Below are positions 1-13,236 of a DNA stretch of 64,000 bases, in pieces. The stretch's first letter is position 1. Each line of letters opens with the position of its first letter. This DNA comes from Octopus sinensis. Taxonomy: Eukaryota. The position numbers and the translations under genes are program-made. Under the pieces are notes generated by a model that ran no database searches, had not been told where the DNA came from, and saw only the letters and a program-made list of their open reading frames with translations. The stretch lies in the NCBI RefSeq assembly GCF_006345805.1, contig NW_021833018.1, positions 192,404 to 256,403 of the forward strand. Direction: 5' to 3'.

Positions 1-178
1 TGCAGCTATCTCTGCACTTACGAGTATTTACAACTACTCGTGCAACTTCAATTTCATTCCAACATTATAAAAACTGACGTGCATTCACCCAATCCTGAAG
101 CCTGGAAAACCGAAGGAGCAACCTGGATCATACAGGCCACTGTCCCTTTTATGCGTCCAGGCACGAATTCTAGAGAGA

Positions 179-1310
179 ATGGTGATGACTTTGATTCGCC
201 CCCTCCTCCCAGAAGTCAGTTTCCAACATGGATTCAAAGAGGGGCGATCAACTGTCACACACCTAAATGCTTTAATGAAGTTTATATCAGACGGTCTAAA
301 CAAAAAACCTAAACAGGAAAAATCCATTGTCTGCTCGATCGACATAAAGAAGGCTTTCGATTCGGTGCCAATGAAAATACTCACAAAAGATCTATTCCTC
401 AAATATTGATACGAATCTAAAACTATGGCTTGGGAATTTCCTGAGCGGCCGTCGGGAAAGGGCTTGCTGTGGAAACAGATCTTCCATATCGAGACTATTA
501 CCAAATGGGGTCCCTCAGGGTTCTCCACTATCTCCACTTTTATTCAATCTCATGATGAACGACATGCCACAGCCAGAAGGGGACAACGATCTGTTATTAC
601 TATATGCAGACGATATTATCGTCGCATCAAGGGATGTGAGCATAATAAAAGCAACGGATAGAATACAGGATAACCTCAACAATCTGATTTCATGGCTATA
701 TAAAAACGAACTGGAGGCAAGTCCGGAAAAATCTATTTTGACTCTGTTTACGAAAAACAGAAGGCTTGGGAAAGTCTCAATTGAAGTGAAGTTAGACGGG
801 GAAATTATACCGCAGAGCAAAACCCAGAAGATTCTTGGAGTTACATTCGACACCTTTCTAACCTTTTCAACCCACGTCGAAAATGTAGTTATGGCGGGTG
901 CAAGAAAGGTTAACTTCCTGAATGCCTTCCTGAAGAACGCAGGAAAATGCAAAGGCCTATATGGCCTAAACAACATATATAATCAATACTTGGAACCTAC
1001 GATCGGCTATGCGTGCGGAATCTGAGGAACAAACTTAAGTGCAAAAAATCAATCAAAAATCGACAAAATTCGGTCGAAAGCGGCAAACCTGCTAAATACT
1101 TTTTCCGATAAAGAGATTATCCCAAAAGCCTGGAACATCTACGAGAGGTTCGTCCTGAAAATCCCCGTCCGTACTGTAAATGCGTCGGGACAACGGCGGA
1201 ACATCGGGAGAGCCTGCGCGAACTGCTGAGGGAGGCTGGGATCACCTGAATTCTTCTTTCTTTTGGCTATGACGGTGGTTTTCTGGTTCAATAAATAAAT
1301 AAATCCATGT
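179..1310 (+). mobile_element. 5'-truncated, frameshifted non-LTR retrotransposon (RT domain plus C-terminus ending ...LLREAGIT*)
   Basis: RT motifs IDIKKAFDSV (ORF 179) and LLYADD, then KILGVTFD (ORF 552). The frame continues to GIT-TGA at ~1248, followed by a short T-rich UTR and (TAAA)n. Confidence 0.85.
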
Positions 1311-1339
1311 GATCTAAGTGTGACATAGAAAAATTGCGT

Positions 1340-2260
1340 CAAAGATTAAAACGATGGGAACTATCTTGACAGTACCAAACCAATCTAAGTAGCCAAGAAA
1401 TCTTATTTGTGGAACTTCTCCACCTGCTTCAATGAAGCGGGTGAAGTTGTTCTAATTTCAATTAGAGTTATCGCGTTCCGCGCCTTTTCCAAGACGAATA
1501 AGTCCGGTTTTTGTTTTTTTACATCTGAGTCAGTCTTAAGAGTGTTTGTCCCACTGACTGAACAGAATAAGTTTTGAGCTTCTTTGACTTTTTTATTACA
1601 TAGATTTTGCATAGGTGCAAATGGATACATCTGACAACCTCAATGTGTCTCAGCAGGTAATGAGCATTCAGCATTCTTCCGCATTTTTTTTCTAGATAAT
1701 TTATTGGAGTGATACCACAGTCAATCCATAAATAAATTTTCGCCCTACAAATGAACAACATTGCTTCGCGAACCAAGGGGTTGTTTCTCTACTCTACCAA
1801 CCATGAAGGCTAGATAGTGTCTACTTCAAGTTCACTCAGACACTTACAGAGCATAAAGTGAATTGATTTCTTGTTAATGTTCTTACCAGAATTTTTTGGC
1901 ATTTCTAGGAGTTTGGGTTTACCTCAGCGGGAGATTTGAACAATATATTTTTGAGCAAAATACTCCACAATCATGTTTATACGGGTTTTTTGACATAACG
2001 AACTATAGAATCGATGCTCTTTTAATGCGAATTATTAATTTTTTCTGTCATTTTATTAAAAATAGTATCAACATACGGTCAGATTTTAGCTTGACGGACT
2101 CCAATTTCCTCTAAAGTGTATCCCTTTCAAAATAAAGCCCCTTCAAATTGGCAAGTGCGATATGAAGCCATTTTCCAGTAAAGATTTTTTGCACATTCTT
2201 GTCAATCTGCCAAAATTTTGTCAATTCTATGCCAATCAATCCGATTTAATAGTTGTATGA
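1340..2260 (-). mobile_element. Degenerate NeSL/R4-like (restriction-like endonuclease) retrotransposon remnant
   Basis: RHIEVVRCIHLHLC and QKPDLFVLEKARNAITLIEI match the RH..IH / PD..IE RLE region seen in the longer copy at 58.9-62.4 kb. Confidence 0.75.
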
Positions 2261-2341
2261 AGATAATGCACATCTTTGAAAAGGTTTAAAAAATTCAGAC
2301 TCGTATTGAATAGGAGCAACACTCTTTTTCTCACCTCTTTG

Positions 2342-2850
2342 TATATGAAATTCATCAATCTGTTCTATTTGGCTCTCATTTTACAACTAACTGAACTAGC
2401 CAACGCAAATTCAATAGGAGAACCTCAGTCTATAAGGATGTCGAATATAAAACAATTATTAAAATAGTTACTTAATTTTTAATTTATTATAATAAGTATT
2501 TTTATAAGTAAACACTTTAGTGGTTCTTTCCAGGATGACTCTTCAGTGGACGGTGATCGCATTGATATTATACATTCAAATAATGATAACCACTGCACTT
2601 TTATTACCGCTAATTACTCCAAAAAGGTTAAATATATCAATCATCGTTAAAGATGGAAGTCAATATTAAAGTCCGAAATAATGATTTATCTTTTCAAAAA
2701 AATTTCATACTACAAAGTCGTGGTCCTTGGAGTGAATATTGTCCTACTATTAGGTATTGCTGTTTATTTAAATTTGAAAAGATGCAAATTTCTCGATATG
2801 GCGGTTTAAGTACAACAGCGCCGATCCCCTCGAGTATTCCGCCGTTGAAT
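2342..2850 (+). CDS. Putative small secreted protein, multi-exon, function unknown
   Basis: Signal-peptide-like start MKFINLFYLALILQLTELANA; candidate introns gttaaatatatcaatcatcgttaaag (26 nt) and gtattgctgtttatttaaatttgaaaag (28 nt). Exon chain not fully resolved. Confidence 0.3.
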
Positions 2851-2987
2851 ACGTTAAACTTTTCCGTGCTCAGAGAAATCTATACATTCTTATATTCTCC
2901 ATATTTTTAAACTTGTAAGATGGTCTTTGGCTTAAAACGAGCGTAATCTCACGGGTGACTCAGAGACTGATCAAGTTCGGTGATTTG

Positions 2988-3575
2988 ATGACGAATTATG
3001 AAGTCCTCGTTAATCAGGTCGAGGCTAATTTTTCCTTCGGGTCTCGACTCATAGAATCTGCGTCTCCTAAGGTGTATTTACAAATATTTATCATCTGTAG
3101 ATTGACGATGATTTAGAGGATGCGAGAAAGAGTTTTAATTTGGATCTCAGAAGTTTAGAGCTTGATGAGGAGACAGCCAATTGTGAAGCGATGAGGAAAC
3201 AGTTGGAGAGCCTTACAGCTGAATATGATCGGCTCAACAGTGAATTTGCATCTCGAAGAGTATTACTTTTACTTATTTTTAGAACTTAGTCACTAATAAA
3301 CAAGACTGAGTTTACTAATTTTGCTTTACGGAATTATTTTTTGTTATTATTAATATACTAATTTGCGCAATGTCAGCGGGACTGCGTAGGAATGAGAATG
3401 AGTTATTTTTTGTGACAAAACATAGTTTTGCTGACTGTGATATATTTTAATTAACTCCTGTTAAGAAAATACTGTTATATATTGCTTTAATTATATTTAC
3501 ATTTTGTTGTGTTAATGTCTATAGAGTTCTGATTTTACTTAATTTACTCACCAGATTGTATCGTGGGATTTAGAT
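2988..3575 (+). CDS. Putative coiled-coil protein with possible C-terminal membrane anchor (weak SNARE-like architecture)
   Basis: MTNYEVLVNQVEANF...SPK | 29-nt intron | IDDDLEDARKSFNLDLRSLELDEETANCEAMRKQLESLTAEYDRLNSEF; hydrophobic KKILLYIALIIFTFCC near 3470-3520. Middle exons unresolved. Confidence 0.25.
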
Positions 3576-4489
3576 TTCTCTTCCCAAATGTTTATGCATC
3601 TTAACAGGGTTCTCTACTAATAAATCAATGCAGTTTGCCTTCAATCTAGACACTCTTAATTTTCAAATGGTAGGATATTTATTCGAACAGATTTTATTTT
3701 TTTCGCAGGAAAAATGCTAAAAAACTCTATCTATTTTCTTTCTAGAGATGCGTTCTAAGGTTATTTTAAATTTATCAAATAAATTAACTAACTAAATTTA
3801 AGCTTCCTATGTGAACCTCACATACTTCTGTCCATTCTTTTTCCTCTTCCGATGCTGTATATATTTTCACAAAGTTTAACCAAGCCTCCCTTGGACTAAA
3901 TTTTAGAAAAAGACAATCTTTAGGTTTAATCTTTGCAAGTTTCTATATGCGCTTGCAGGTTATTTGCTGACGAAGAAATTTCTTTGGGCTACTAATTAGT
4001 TTCTTCCTCGATTCCACCATCTTAGCATCAATTTTTACACGTTGGGCATACAGGTTATCGGATGATAATTTTATAGAAGTTACAGGTTAACTACTTTACA
4101 GGTTAATAAGTCACCACAATACATAAAATTCTGAAATCGAGCAAGAGGCATATATAAATTGTTTATTGGTCGACAAGTGGGATCATAGGATGGTTTGCAT
4201 TTTTTATGTCTTATCGGTCTAGCTGTCTTCAAGTCAAAAAGATAGGTTACGGCTTCATCAAACTTTTTTGGATGTTTAAACACGATGAGACTCGGTTATC
4301 AACAGTCCATCCGATCTAAAACATGGTGCATTCAAACAATCTATTATCACTATACTACATTTTATACTCGCAACAAAATATAATGTTGTGTTTAAAGCAC
4401 TTTCCTTAACATACGTGGAAGCATTAATCCTTTGAAAAAAGCTTTTCTGAAAAGGAAACATTTGAAACTTTTCAGCTAATTATTGGTAC

Positions 4490-4982
4490 TGCGGGATTAT
4501 TATTGAAACATTAATACCACAGTAAACCCAAAAAACGTCACGTGATCCCGATGCACTCAACCAGGGACCCCATTCTCGCTCGGTGATCTTTCCACGAGCC
4601 CACGCAAGATTGCACAGGACGGCTGGCTGCATTTTTTGGGGCATTTGCGAACAAACAGAAGTTCTGCTTGGTCAGGTCCTCCAGGGGGGCCAGACCGGAA
4701 CGTTTCTTATCGTGCGACCAACGTTCGGTTAATCTGTTGGCTCTTTGTTGGACCTTCTCGATTTGCCTCATGTTGGACCACGATTACTGCGATCCCTATG
4801 ATTTGCAGGCGTAAGAAATAAACGGTTCAAATTATTGACGGTAAATATTCTCCAATACCGGGTGGGAACCGTTCTTCCATAAACCGAATAGGCTTCTGAG
4901 CACGTTCAGTTTTTTATCACATTTACGAAGAAGGTTGTTCTGGACGCCTTAAACTTTTTTAGGTAAATAGTAGTGGAGGTAT
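4490..4982 (-). mobile_element. 3' fragment of the GIT*-ending LINE family
   Basis: Minus strand reads KKLNVLRSLFGLWKNGSHPVLENIYRQ...KVQQRA...SLVECIGIT*, homologous to 35130-35820. Confidence 0.85.
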
Positions 4983-7075
4983 AGCGGTCTCCGCCCTATT
5001 CATTTGAGTGACTTAATTTCCGCAACCGGTGATACCGGGAATCGCCTCTTGAATGCTTGCACTAACTTTTGCAATTTATTCCTAAGCGGCAAAATTTCTG
5101 ACCATGCTAGAATTCTGTTCTTTTCCGCGAATCTTACAGCCTTGGGCAAGAAAGATGGCGGTATCAGGCCTTTTGCTGTTGGAAATGTCTTTCGTCGTTT
5201 ATTTGCGAAAGTTTGTTGCAAGTCCGTTATTCCTTCTATTGGCGAGCAACTGCAGCCCATTCAGTTGGGTGTGGGTGTTCCTGGCGGCTGCGAGTCTTCT
5301 GTCCATGCCTGTCGTTGTTTTATCCAATATTCCCCTTGCCTTATTGCAACTGGATGTAACTAATGATTTCAATTTTCTGGACCGTGGATATTTGTTGGAG
5401 GTCTGTCAAGACCGTGTTCCACACTTGCTCCCCTTTATATCGCTTTCGTACTCGTTTCCATCACTTTTAATCGCCGGTGGTTCTTTCATTTCTTCGTCCT
5501 GTGGCGTCCAACAGGGTAATCCTTTGGGCCCATTATGGTTCGCTCTTGCCGTGGATGTCATTGCCCGCGTTAATGAATCACCCCTTAATCTGTGGTATCT
5601 CGACGATTGCACCCTGGTGTTTTGTTAAAGGACTTAGCCAGTCTAATTCCGGCTTTATCCGACATTGGTCTGGTTATTAATTCCAGCAAGTTCGAGATTG
5701 TCAATCTCTCCGTTGAGCCATCCCTGTTTAAGAACTCCTCTCTTTTGCGGACTCTTTCCTGAGTTGAGACAGACACCCTTGTCTGATCTGGAAATTCTGG
5801 GGTCACCGATTCTCGCCGTCTCAGCTACACGAATCCTCCTTGCCAAAAAAAATCTTATAGCATCTCTTTGTGAAAAACTTTCTGTCATTGATCCTCATCC
5901 TTCATTCTACATCCTCAAGAACTATCTTTTGATCCCAAAAATCGTTTATATCCTGAGGAGCTCACCTTGTTTTTATGCCACACAAGTGTTGGAATCTTAT
6001 GATTCCTTAGTTCGGAGGTCTTCCGAGAAAATTCTCAATGTGCATTTCGACGATATTGGCTGGTGTCAGGCTAAACTTCCTGTGAGTCACGGGGGTCTGG
6101 GCCTCCGTTCCCGTATTGATTTGACCCTTCCTGCTTTTCTTTTTTCAGCGTCTGGATCATATCTAATTGTCCAAAAGATTCTGGAAAAAACTACTGAATC
6201 ATTGTTGGACCTTGATATTGATTCGGCCCTCGCTCTTTGGAAACGCAATTTCTCTGAAGTCCCTTCCGATGTCTTTTCTCAGCGAGATGGGACAAAATTC
6301 TTTCTGTGCTGTCGATCTTCAGCTGACTTGGAACCACTCTTCGACCAACACAGACTGGCTTGTTTCCGTTCCGCCTGTCAGCCATACTCAGGCTCCTGGC
6401 TGAATGTACTCCCTTCTCAGCTTTTGGATACTGTTTTCGAAAGGGATTCACTCCGTTTGGGTATCTGTAATCGCCTTGGACTCCCTGTCTGCAGACCTCA
6501 CCCCTGCCGTTGTGGGGCTAAAGTTGACGCCTTTGGGCTACATCCTCTGTCTTGTCGAATGAGCGCCGGCCGATTTCCTCGGCACACTGAAATTAACAAT
6601 CTAATTCACAAAGCTCTGGAAAGAGCTGGTTTCCCTTCAATTCTGGAACCGACGGGCCTTGTTTTTGAAAACGCAAAACGTCCAGACGGCTGTAGACTTT
6701 TCGCTTTTGAATCCGAGAGGCATCTCGTTTGGGACGTCACCTGTGCCGACTCTTTCGCCAAGGGAGCCTTGAATAGCACAGCTTGTCGACCCTGTTCGTC
6801 GGCCGAATTCGCGAAACTAACGAAATATGAGGATTTACGCGATCGATTTTGCTTTTGGGCAATTGCCGTTGAGACTTCCTGTGTTTTTGGGGCCAAGACG
6901 CTTGCTCATCTTAAGAAACTTGGCCCCCTGTGCACCTACCGCTCCAGAGATCCCAGGGAATTTATATTCCTAATTCAGAGGATCTCGCTGGCTGTTTTAC
7001 GCGAGAATTGTCTTTCAATCCTGCGAGCCAGTACATAATAGCTAGATTTTTTAAATAATTTCCAATTATAAAAAA
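4983..7075 (+). mobile_element. 5'-truncated CRE-clade non-LTR retrotransposon (RT, CCHC zinc knuckle, RLE), copy 1
   Basis: LTALGKKDGGIRPFAVG, QLGVG, QQGNPLGP, WYLDD, CRCG..D..GLHPLSC, GRFPRH, KRPDG, VWDVTC, AVETS, QRISLAVLRENC; A-rich tail after 7040. Confidence 0.92.
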
Positions 7076-7131
7076 AATTGACATTAAAAAAGTAAATATA
7101 CATTTGAGCATACGTTTTTATGTTGGTTTAT

Positions 7132-7664
7132 ATGAAAAGATTACTGACAACGACATATCTTAAAGTTATTGGAGTATATTTTAAATTTAATACTAAATTT
7201 TAGTTGTCAAATTCTAGAACTTTTAAATCCAATAAATATGAACATAATGTTTTCACTGACATTCTCGATAAAACCTGTCCTGCCAATATTGTATACGAGG
7301 ACGAGCGGGTATATATTTACCGCTCCTCAATAATCAGTGCCTTGCTTTTCATGACATTTGCAAAACAGCACCTCTTCATATTTTAGTAATCCCCAAACAG
7401 AGAATCTCCTCATTGGCCGCCTGTCAGGCAGGGGTTGATGAAAATGTTGTTAAACAATCTATGAAAATTTCTAGATTTTGGGACATTTGTTGATTGTTTG
7501 TACAAGGATTGCTAAAAATAATGAATTGGGTAACGGCTACCGAATTGGTAAGGCTTTTCTTAATTTTTTTAGTAATCAATACTGGCCCTGATGGAGCTCA
7601 AACTGTTTATCATTTGCATGTGCATCTTATAGGAGGTCATAAACTATCTTCAAATTTTTCATAA
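7132..7664 (+). CDS. HINT: Histidine triad nucleotide-binding protein (HINT1/2-like), 4 introns of 30, 29, 29 and 25 nt
   Basis: Spliced: MKRLLTTTYLKVIG|LSNSRTFKSNKYEHNVFTDILDKTCPANIVYEDER|CLAFHDICKTAPLHILVIPKQRISSLAACQAGVDEN|ILGHLLIVCTRIAKNNELGNGYRIV|INTGPDGAQTVYHLHVHLIGGHKLSSNFS*. HIT motif HLHVH present. Confidence 0.92.
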
Positions 7665-7989
7665 ACAATTCTATGTTTAGACAATATAGATTATTTCTAA
7701 TATTTTAAATAAAATTTTAAAGAGTTTTTCTCTTGCACCCAACACTATTGCATAGAAAGGGATGGTAATAAATCAAATTTATTTGAACCAATCTTCTTTC
7801 TCTGCTCGTTGCTTTTTCTATTCGCATAGCGATTCAGCTAGGCATGGACACCGTTTTTTTCGAAGTGCTGACAGCCACTGGGGAAGTTGTACTCATACTT
7901 ATTTGATGATAAATCTCTTATTTTTTTCAGTTTAGCAGTTTTTTCTCACGGTTCAACTATGTTCCTATAAGAAACAATTATGTTCTCAA

Positions 7990-8870
7990 GGGTTTTATTT
8001 TTAGTAAATGGTTGTATGTATGAGTATGTTCTCTTACTGATGTTAAGCGGACGTGCATATTGTAGAAATTTTGGAGCCACAAGTCTATCCTATGTTAATA
8101 CAATGGGTACTATATTCACTCTTGCATGATAAATTAATTTCAAATTATTGGATGATAGGTCGTATTTTCATATTTTTTCAATCGCCACTTACTGTAAATT
8201 TCCTAAGTTCAACCGAGAAAATTTAATTTCTTATCTTGTCGAACACAAACGAATCAGACTTGTAATGTTCATAGACTATGTCAGTCTTTATGAATGGTTT
8301 GATTTTAATTCCGACTTTTTCATTCGTCAATACAGATTTACCAAATGTGTTATAAGCTTTCTGTCATCTTTGAGTCTAAATTCTTGACACAAATGAAAGT
8401 GAACGGATCTCACTACTTCACCATACCTTCTAACATTATCTCCATATAACATCTTTTCACATCTAGTGGCACAGTGATCGACGGTTTTTTTATTCTGATC
8501 GTTATGATTTGCAGAGAATAGATTTCTATCTTGAATGAGAGAGAATAAGCTTTCAGACCGTAAGGAGTTGTTATCTTTAGGAGGGTCTAAAGTTTTTAAA
8601 TTTACCAAATCCTTCATAGAATTTTTGTATATAATGGAATAAAAACTTTGAACAAGTCTGGTTCAATAGGTACTTGTTCATCGGTTTTTTAAGCAAAACT
8701 GATTCCTCAAATAGATTTTTGTTGCTTAAGTATTCTTTAATAGTTACCACATGAGTTTTCTTCAACATTTTAGCTTAAAGAATCGATAAGGTTCTTTTGT
8801 AGACATCACTTCTTCCTTTTAAATCCACAATGAATCCATGAAGCATACGCTTACTTATAAAAGAAATTGA
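7990..8870 (-). mobile_element. Degenerate NeSL/R4-like retrotransposon remnant
   Basis: LIQDRNLF...KTVDHCATRCEKML...RRYGEVVRSVHFHLC is homologous to the LLQDRNIF...TVDHLATRC..M..RHNEIV region at 61.6 kb. Confidence 0.8.
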
Positions 8871-8879
8871 ACGCAATTC

Positions 8880-9745
8880 TCTTCAAACTATATGTTTGGT
8901 TGATCTCTTTGTTCATTAATGCTTGTTCCTTTGCCCCCTGGCACAACTTACTTGTTCCCAATTAATTTTCTGAAAGAAGATCAGAGGCTTCAAAAAATTT
9001 TCCAAGTTTGTTATTTACAAAATGAGGATTTCGAGACTTGGACTGTTAGCCCTTCTATTCCAGTCATCTTTTTTTTCAATCTCAACACTCAACTGTTATT
9101 TCCGCTACATATTCTCCAAAAACAAAGCAGCAAACAATTATAGTTAAACAAGGAGAACAAGGGGCCAGGGCAAATGAAGCAGAAATGTAAACCCTGATTA
9201 AGATTAACTTGAGTTTACTACATCAAGGCTATTTGCTCTCCTGAGATGAACGATCGGATCCCACGACCAGAGGTTCAGTCGTTTCTTAGACATTTCGGAA
9301 GTCAGGAAAGTTAATTTCAAAAAAGAAAAATCAGTCGCCAGGGTTTAATTATTCTTTCCTTTTTTATTTCCTCGGCGGTGCTAACAGCAGGATACAAATT
9401 CTATGCAAACAAGATGAGATGACGTTTTACAATAGAAAGGAACTAGGTACAATAACAAAAAAATCAAGCAAAAGAGGAATAGTCTCTTTAAAACTTTTTG
9501 TTTTCCCTTAAACTAGTTTGTTTAGCAAGATTTTTCAAATTATCAGAATTGCAAAATAGACTGGTCTACAAAAGAAACTTATTACAAAATAAAGGAAAGA
9601 TTAAATAAATATTTTATAAATAATCAGCCGGACTGGTGAACTTTTTGACTAACCAGCATGTAGAGTACTATTAGCCCGAATGCAACCATGCTCAAGATTT
9701 CATTTATTCTACTGAGAGTAAATTCGTCAATCATCTATAAACGTA
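8880..9745 (-). CDS. Putative multi-exon membrane protein, unassigned
   Basis: Hydrophobic exon-like pieces MIDEFTLSRINEILSMVAFGLIVLYML and VYISASFALAPCSPCLTIIVCCFVFGEY, flanked by GT/AG-bounded short AT-rich stretches. No family recognised. Confidence 0.2.
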
Positions 9746-10172
9746 AAACAACAAATGACACGTAACCCCAAATTGAAATTAATAATTTTTTATTTAATTT
9801 TTAGATATTTCTATGATTATAAAAAAATATATTTAAAAATTAATATAAGGATACAAGACTAAGGTTTCGCCAAAAAGTCTATAGAACTAATATTCTACCC
9901 AGTACACTCCAGTATCATAAATTTTAAGGTTATTTTCATGAAAAATAAATCTAAACAATCACTTTTTATCCAAATAATTGAGGATCTATTGAAATTTTAT
10001 TCAAATTTAAGGTTCCAATTTTGTTTGGTGCTCCTACCTTTTCCGTCTTTTCGAGATGGTAATTCTTTAAAATACATCCACTCCAATACCGCAAATTGCC
10101 AAGATGTAAAAGTGTATAAAAATTAGAGTATTTTTAAAATCAAAGAAAAATATCTAATTCTCACCAGGAAAA

Positions 10173-12218
10173 TCATTTTTTATTACAAAAATATGTCATA
10201 GGAAGTGGTTTACGTACAGCAGTGGACGAAGTTGTCCTGTACTCGTATATCAATGAGTCTCTCGCAACATAGAAAGCCATTCGCTTTGGTTCCTATATAA
10301 AATAAACAGAAAAATAAAATTACGGAAGTTTTCAAAGGACTGGGAGGTTGTCTTACTGTTAAAGTAGTTCCACTGACCAATATTTCAAGCTACCCAATAC
10401 AAACGAATATTACCTGCTGATGTACTATTCTTCTAACCCTATTCAAATCAGATTGTGCGTCCAATTTCTCAAAAATACAAAAAGACTCAATATCTCTAAA
10501 TCTTATACAGCATTATCTACGGAAGGTAATTGATAGTCGTTATGTTGTCTTCCAAGCAACTAGTGGTCCACCCCAATCCGTAGTAGAGCATCGTAGATGC
10601 AATTGACTCCAATGAAGGCTGAATGTTTCCGCGGGGACTAGTTAAATTGGGAACCTATGAATTACAATGTCGGACATCAACCTGCTTGATCATTCTCTCA
10701 TTGAGGATCTTTAGCAAAAAAGGTAGCAAGTCGGCCAAACATTGGTGATATCTCCGAACAGATGGTTTCATTCCTCCCCTAAAGACAACGTCCACTCCCT
10801 ATATTCTCAGACACAATGCTCACATTTAAGTCTTGTTTATTCCAAATTAAAGTACTTTTTGCCTTTTTTAACTCAGAATTAAAATTCTTCACAAAAAACG
10901 GAACAAATTTAAGGAGAGAATAGTCCTGACTAGCCCGAGTAGTCACATTGAAAATATCACACATGCAAAGAGACTCCAACTTGGGAGAAATCTAACAATA
11001 AACTCACAGACTCCACCGAAGAAAGGGATCTGACGGAGTCGTATACTCCTTCATTTAATCGAGCCAAATAAGCTTCGTTAATGACCGAATAATGCTTGTC
11101 AAGGACAACTTGTCTCATAATTCTATCGACCGTAACTGACCCAAGGTGACTGAGCAACTACGTAATCAACAACAATAAAAAAGACTTGAATAACATTGAG
11201 TGACCGTCGAATGTCGCATTTAAACAATTCGAGAACTTGATAGAGAGCATTATGTTCAAACTCAACTTGTTCTGAAACACATATCTGCAAAACATATAAC
11301 AACGTCATTTATTACGGAAGAGAATCTGTCAACTAATCTCGTGACCAGTGGAGGTCTTACATACAAAAGAATGGCACTGTCCAACATGGAATACACTACA
11401 GACCTCGTATATTGAATGTAAGAGATTACAGATCGTTACATATGCATATCACGGGACACAAAAGACCAGGCTTCTTTGATTTAATAAGAGAACGTAGAAA
11501 GTTTGCAGCATTCTAAAATGTGAGAATTTATTCACTTTGGTTATTTCCTCCAAAATGATACAAACTGGCTTGTTAGAAATTAGATTATATTTCGATTGAG
11601 TTGTGTTTAAAAAGTTAACAGTAAATTGTGAGTGCTCAATACTAGTTTTAGTATGCAAGTTAGGGATACCAAGAGACGTTTATTTCGACTCCATGGTGCC
11701 CGGAATGACGAGAGCATACATTGGCGAGTGTAGTCTTCCCACAGCCGGTTGGGCCACAAATAACGGCAATCTTAAAATAAAATTTCCAAATGAGGACAAA
11801 AATATATGTATTTCAAATAAAAATCAACTTTATTTTTTTCGGGAATTTTAGTTTTCCACAAGGTGAGCCATTCTAATAGTCGTCGGTTTGCAGTCTAAAA
11901 TAACGTTCGTTCATTTACTTCGTCGCTAATAAGCTTGTGGTACCGACTAGAGGCGTACTGGTCAGCCCAAATCTGTCCACTCCCTTTTAAGTTAACGGAA
12001 GGAAATTTTTTATTAGAAAAAACGTCCTATAAACATTAAAACATATCCAAACCAATTGATTAACATCATATTTCATGAAATTTGAAAAATTTGTGTGTGA
12101 ATCTACCTGGGGGTTTTAAATAATGTTTTGGCTATACTGTCAAATTAACATTTCTATCTGTCGTTAGATAGAGGCGTTTTCCACTAAAGTTGGTGAGCGT
12201 CAAAATAGAGTCAGTCAT
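10173..12218 (-). CDS. CHTF18: Chromosome transmission fidelity protein 18 (RFC-like clamp loader subunit), many tiny introns
   Basis: Spliced segments in correct order: IWADQYASSRYHKLISDE|TANRRLLEWLTLWK, Walker A ICGPTGCGKTTLANVCSRHSG, KPVCIILEEI, LLCPVICICNDL, CDIRRSLNVIQ, LESIASTMLYYGL, C-terminal YEYRTTSSTAVRKPL. Confidence 0.85.
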
Positions 12219-12313
12219 TAAAATTCAACAACAAACGGTTTATATTATATAATAATTAATTGAATTAATAAAAAATCTATTGAACATTTTTTAAATAGAT
12301 ATTTTAAATTAGT

Positions 12314-12877
12314 TTAGTGGTCAGATATCTCCTCAAAGAGACTGTCATTGTAAGATACAACTGACCTATTATCGACAAATTCTTTCTCGACTTCTAAAAT
12401 TAGAAATCAGCGACAAACTTGAAGAAGTGGCATTATTCCAATTGTTTTGAACATCCTTATCTTCCTTGTGATCAAATAAGAGCATTCTTTTCCTTGAATT
12501 ACTCAATCTCCCTCTACTGCCAGTCGGCTGACTTACTTCTTGGTCTGATTAAAATATTTAAAAATATTACAATGAGTCTGGCTGAATTGTGTCTCCAAAC
12601 GCTAAAAGTAATATTCAGATTACTGACTCTGACTGCTTCAAGTCGTTCCATTATTCGACGCGCATTTTCTTCTGGTTTTTCTATTGAATAAAAGCATATT
12701 TATACTTTCTTCCGGACTGACTGTCCTTTTGAGCGAATATTGTTTTTTTACTTTAAGCTCTTCCTAAAAAATAATTAATATTTTAGTAACCTTTGCATTT
12801 AATTTTAATCTTCCTCGTAACTCTATTTCATACTCAGTTTCAGGACCAAAATCAAAATTAAAGCTGAATTTTCCCAT
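12314..12877 (-). CDS. Unassigned multi-exon gene (MGKFSFNFDFGPETEYEIELRGRLKLNAK...)
   Basis: ATG at 12877 followed by several clean 22-26 nt GT-AG introns (e.g. gttactaaaatattaattattttag, gtataaatatgcttttattcaatag) joining open frames. Confidence 0.45.
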
Positions 12878-13236
12878 ATCACCAATAACACACGTACTAG
12901 AAAATTTTTGATGAATTTTATTTGTTATTTTTAATTTTAATTATATAATTCAAATTTTAATTCATTAGTGTAGTTCAAAATATGATCTTTTAATAGCTGC
13001 TTTGATTCCTCTTAATTGACATCATAAAGTGCATTTGAAATAGCGATTAAAATTTTAATTTTGAAATTTAAATATTTTTTAACTGCGATTGATGAAACAG
13101 TCGACGTTATGGGAATTGCACCACGTTCGATTTTGAAATTGAATTCAAATATTTTTTCGAATTTTTTTCGAATTTTTTCTAAGTCCATAAGTGTAACGAC
13201 CTAGGCTCGGTAACACCCTAGGCTCGTGACATAATA

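Noticed and set aside
3780-4461. Minus-strand ORFs of 61-67 aa as a host gene
   Set aside because: No family recognised and no consistent exon chain could be built by eye.
8040-8100. SL RNA Sm-site-like aaattttgga next to a NeSL remnant
   Set aside because: No leader/GT donor or stem-loops; it appears to lie within decayed NeSL coding sequence on the other strand.
11690-11785. HDV-like ribozyme (gccggttgggccac...ggcaat)
   Set aside because: P1 and P3 do not pair properly, and the segment is the reverse complement of the CHTF18 Walker A exon (GPTGCGKT).
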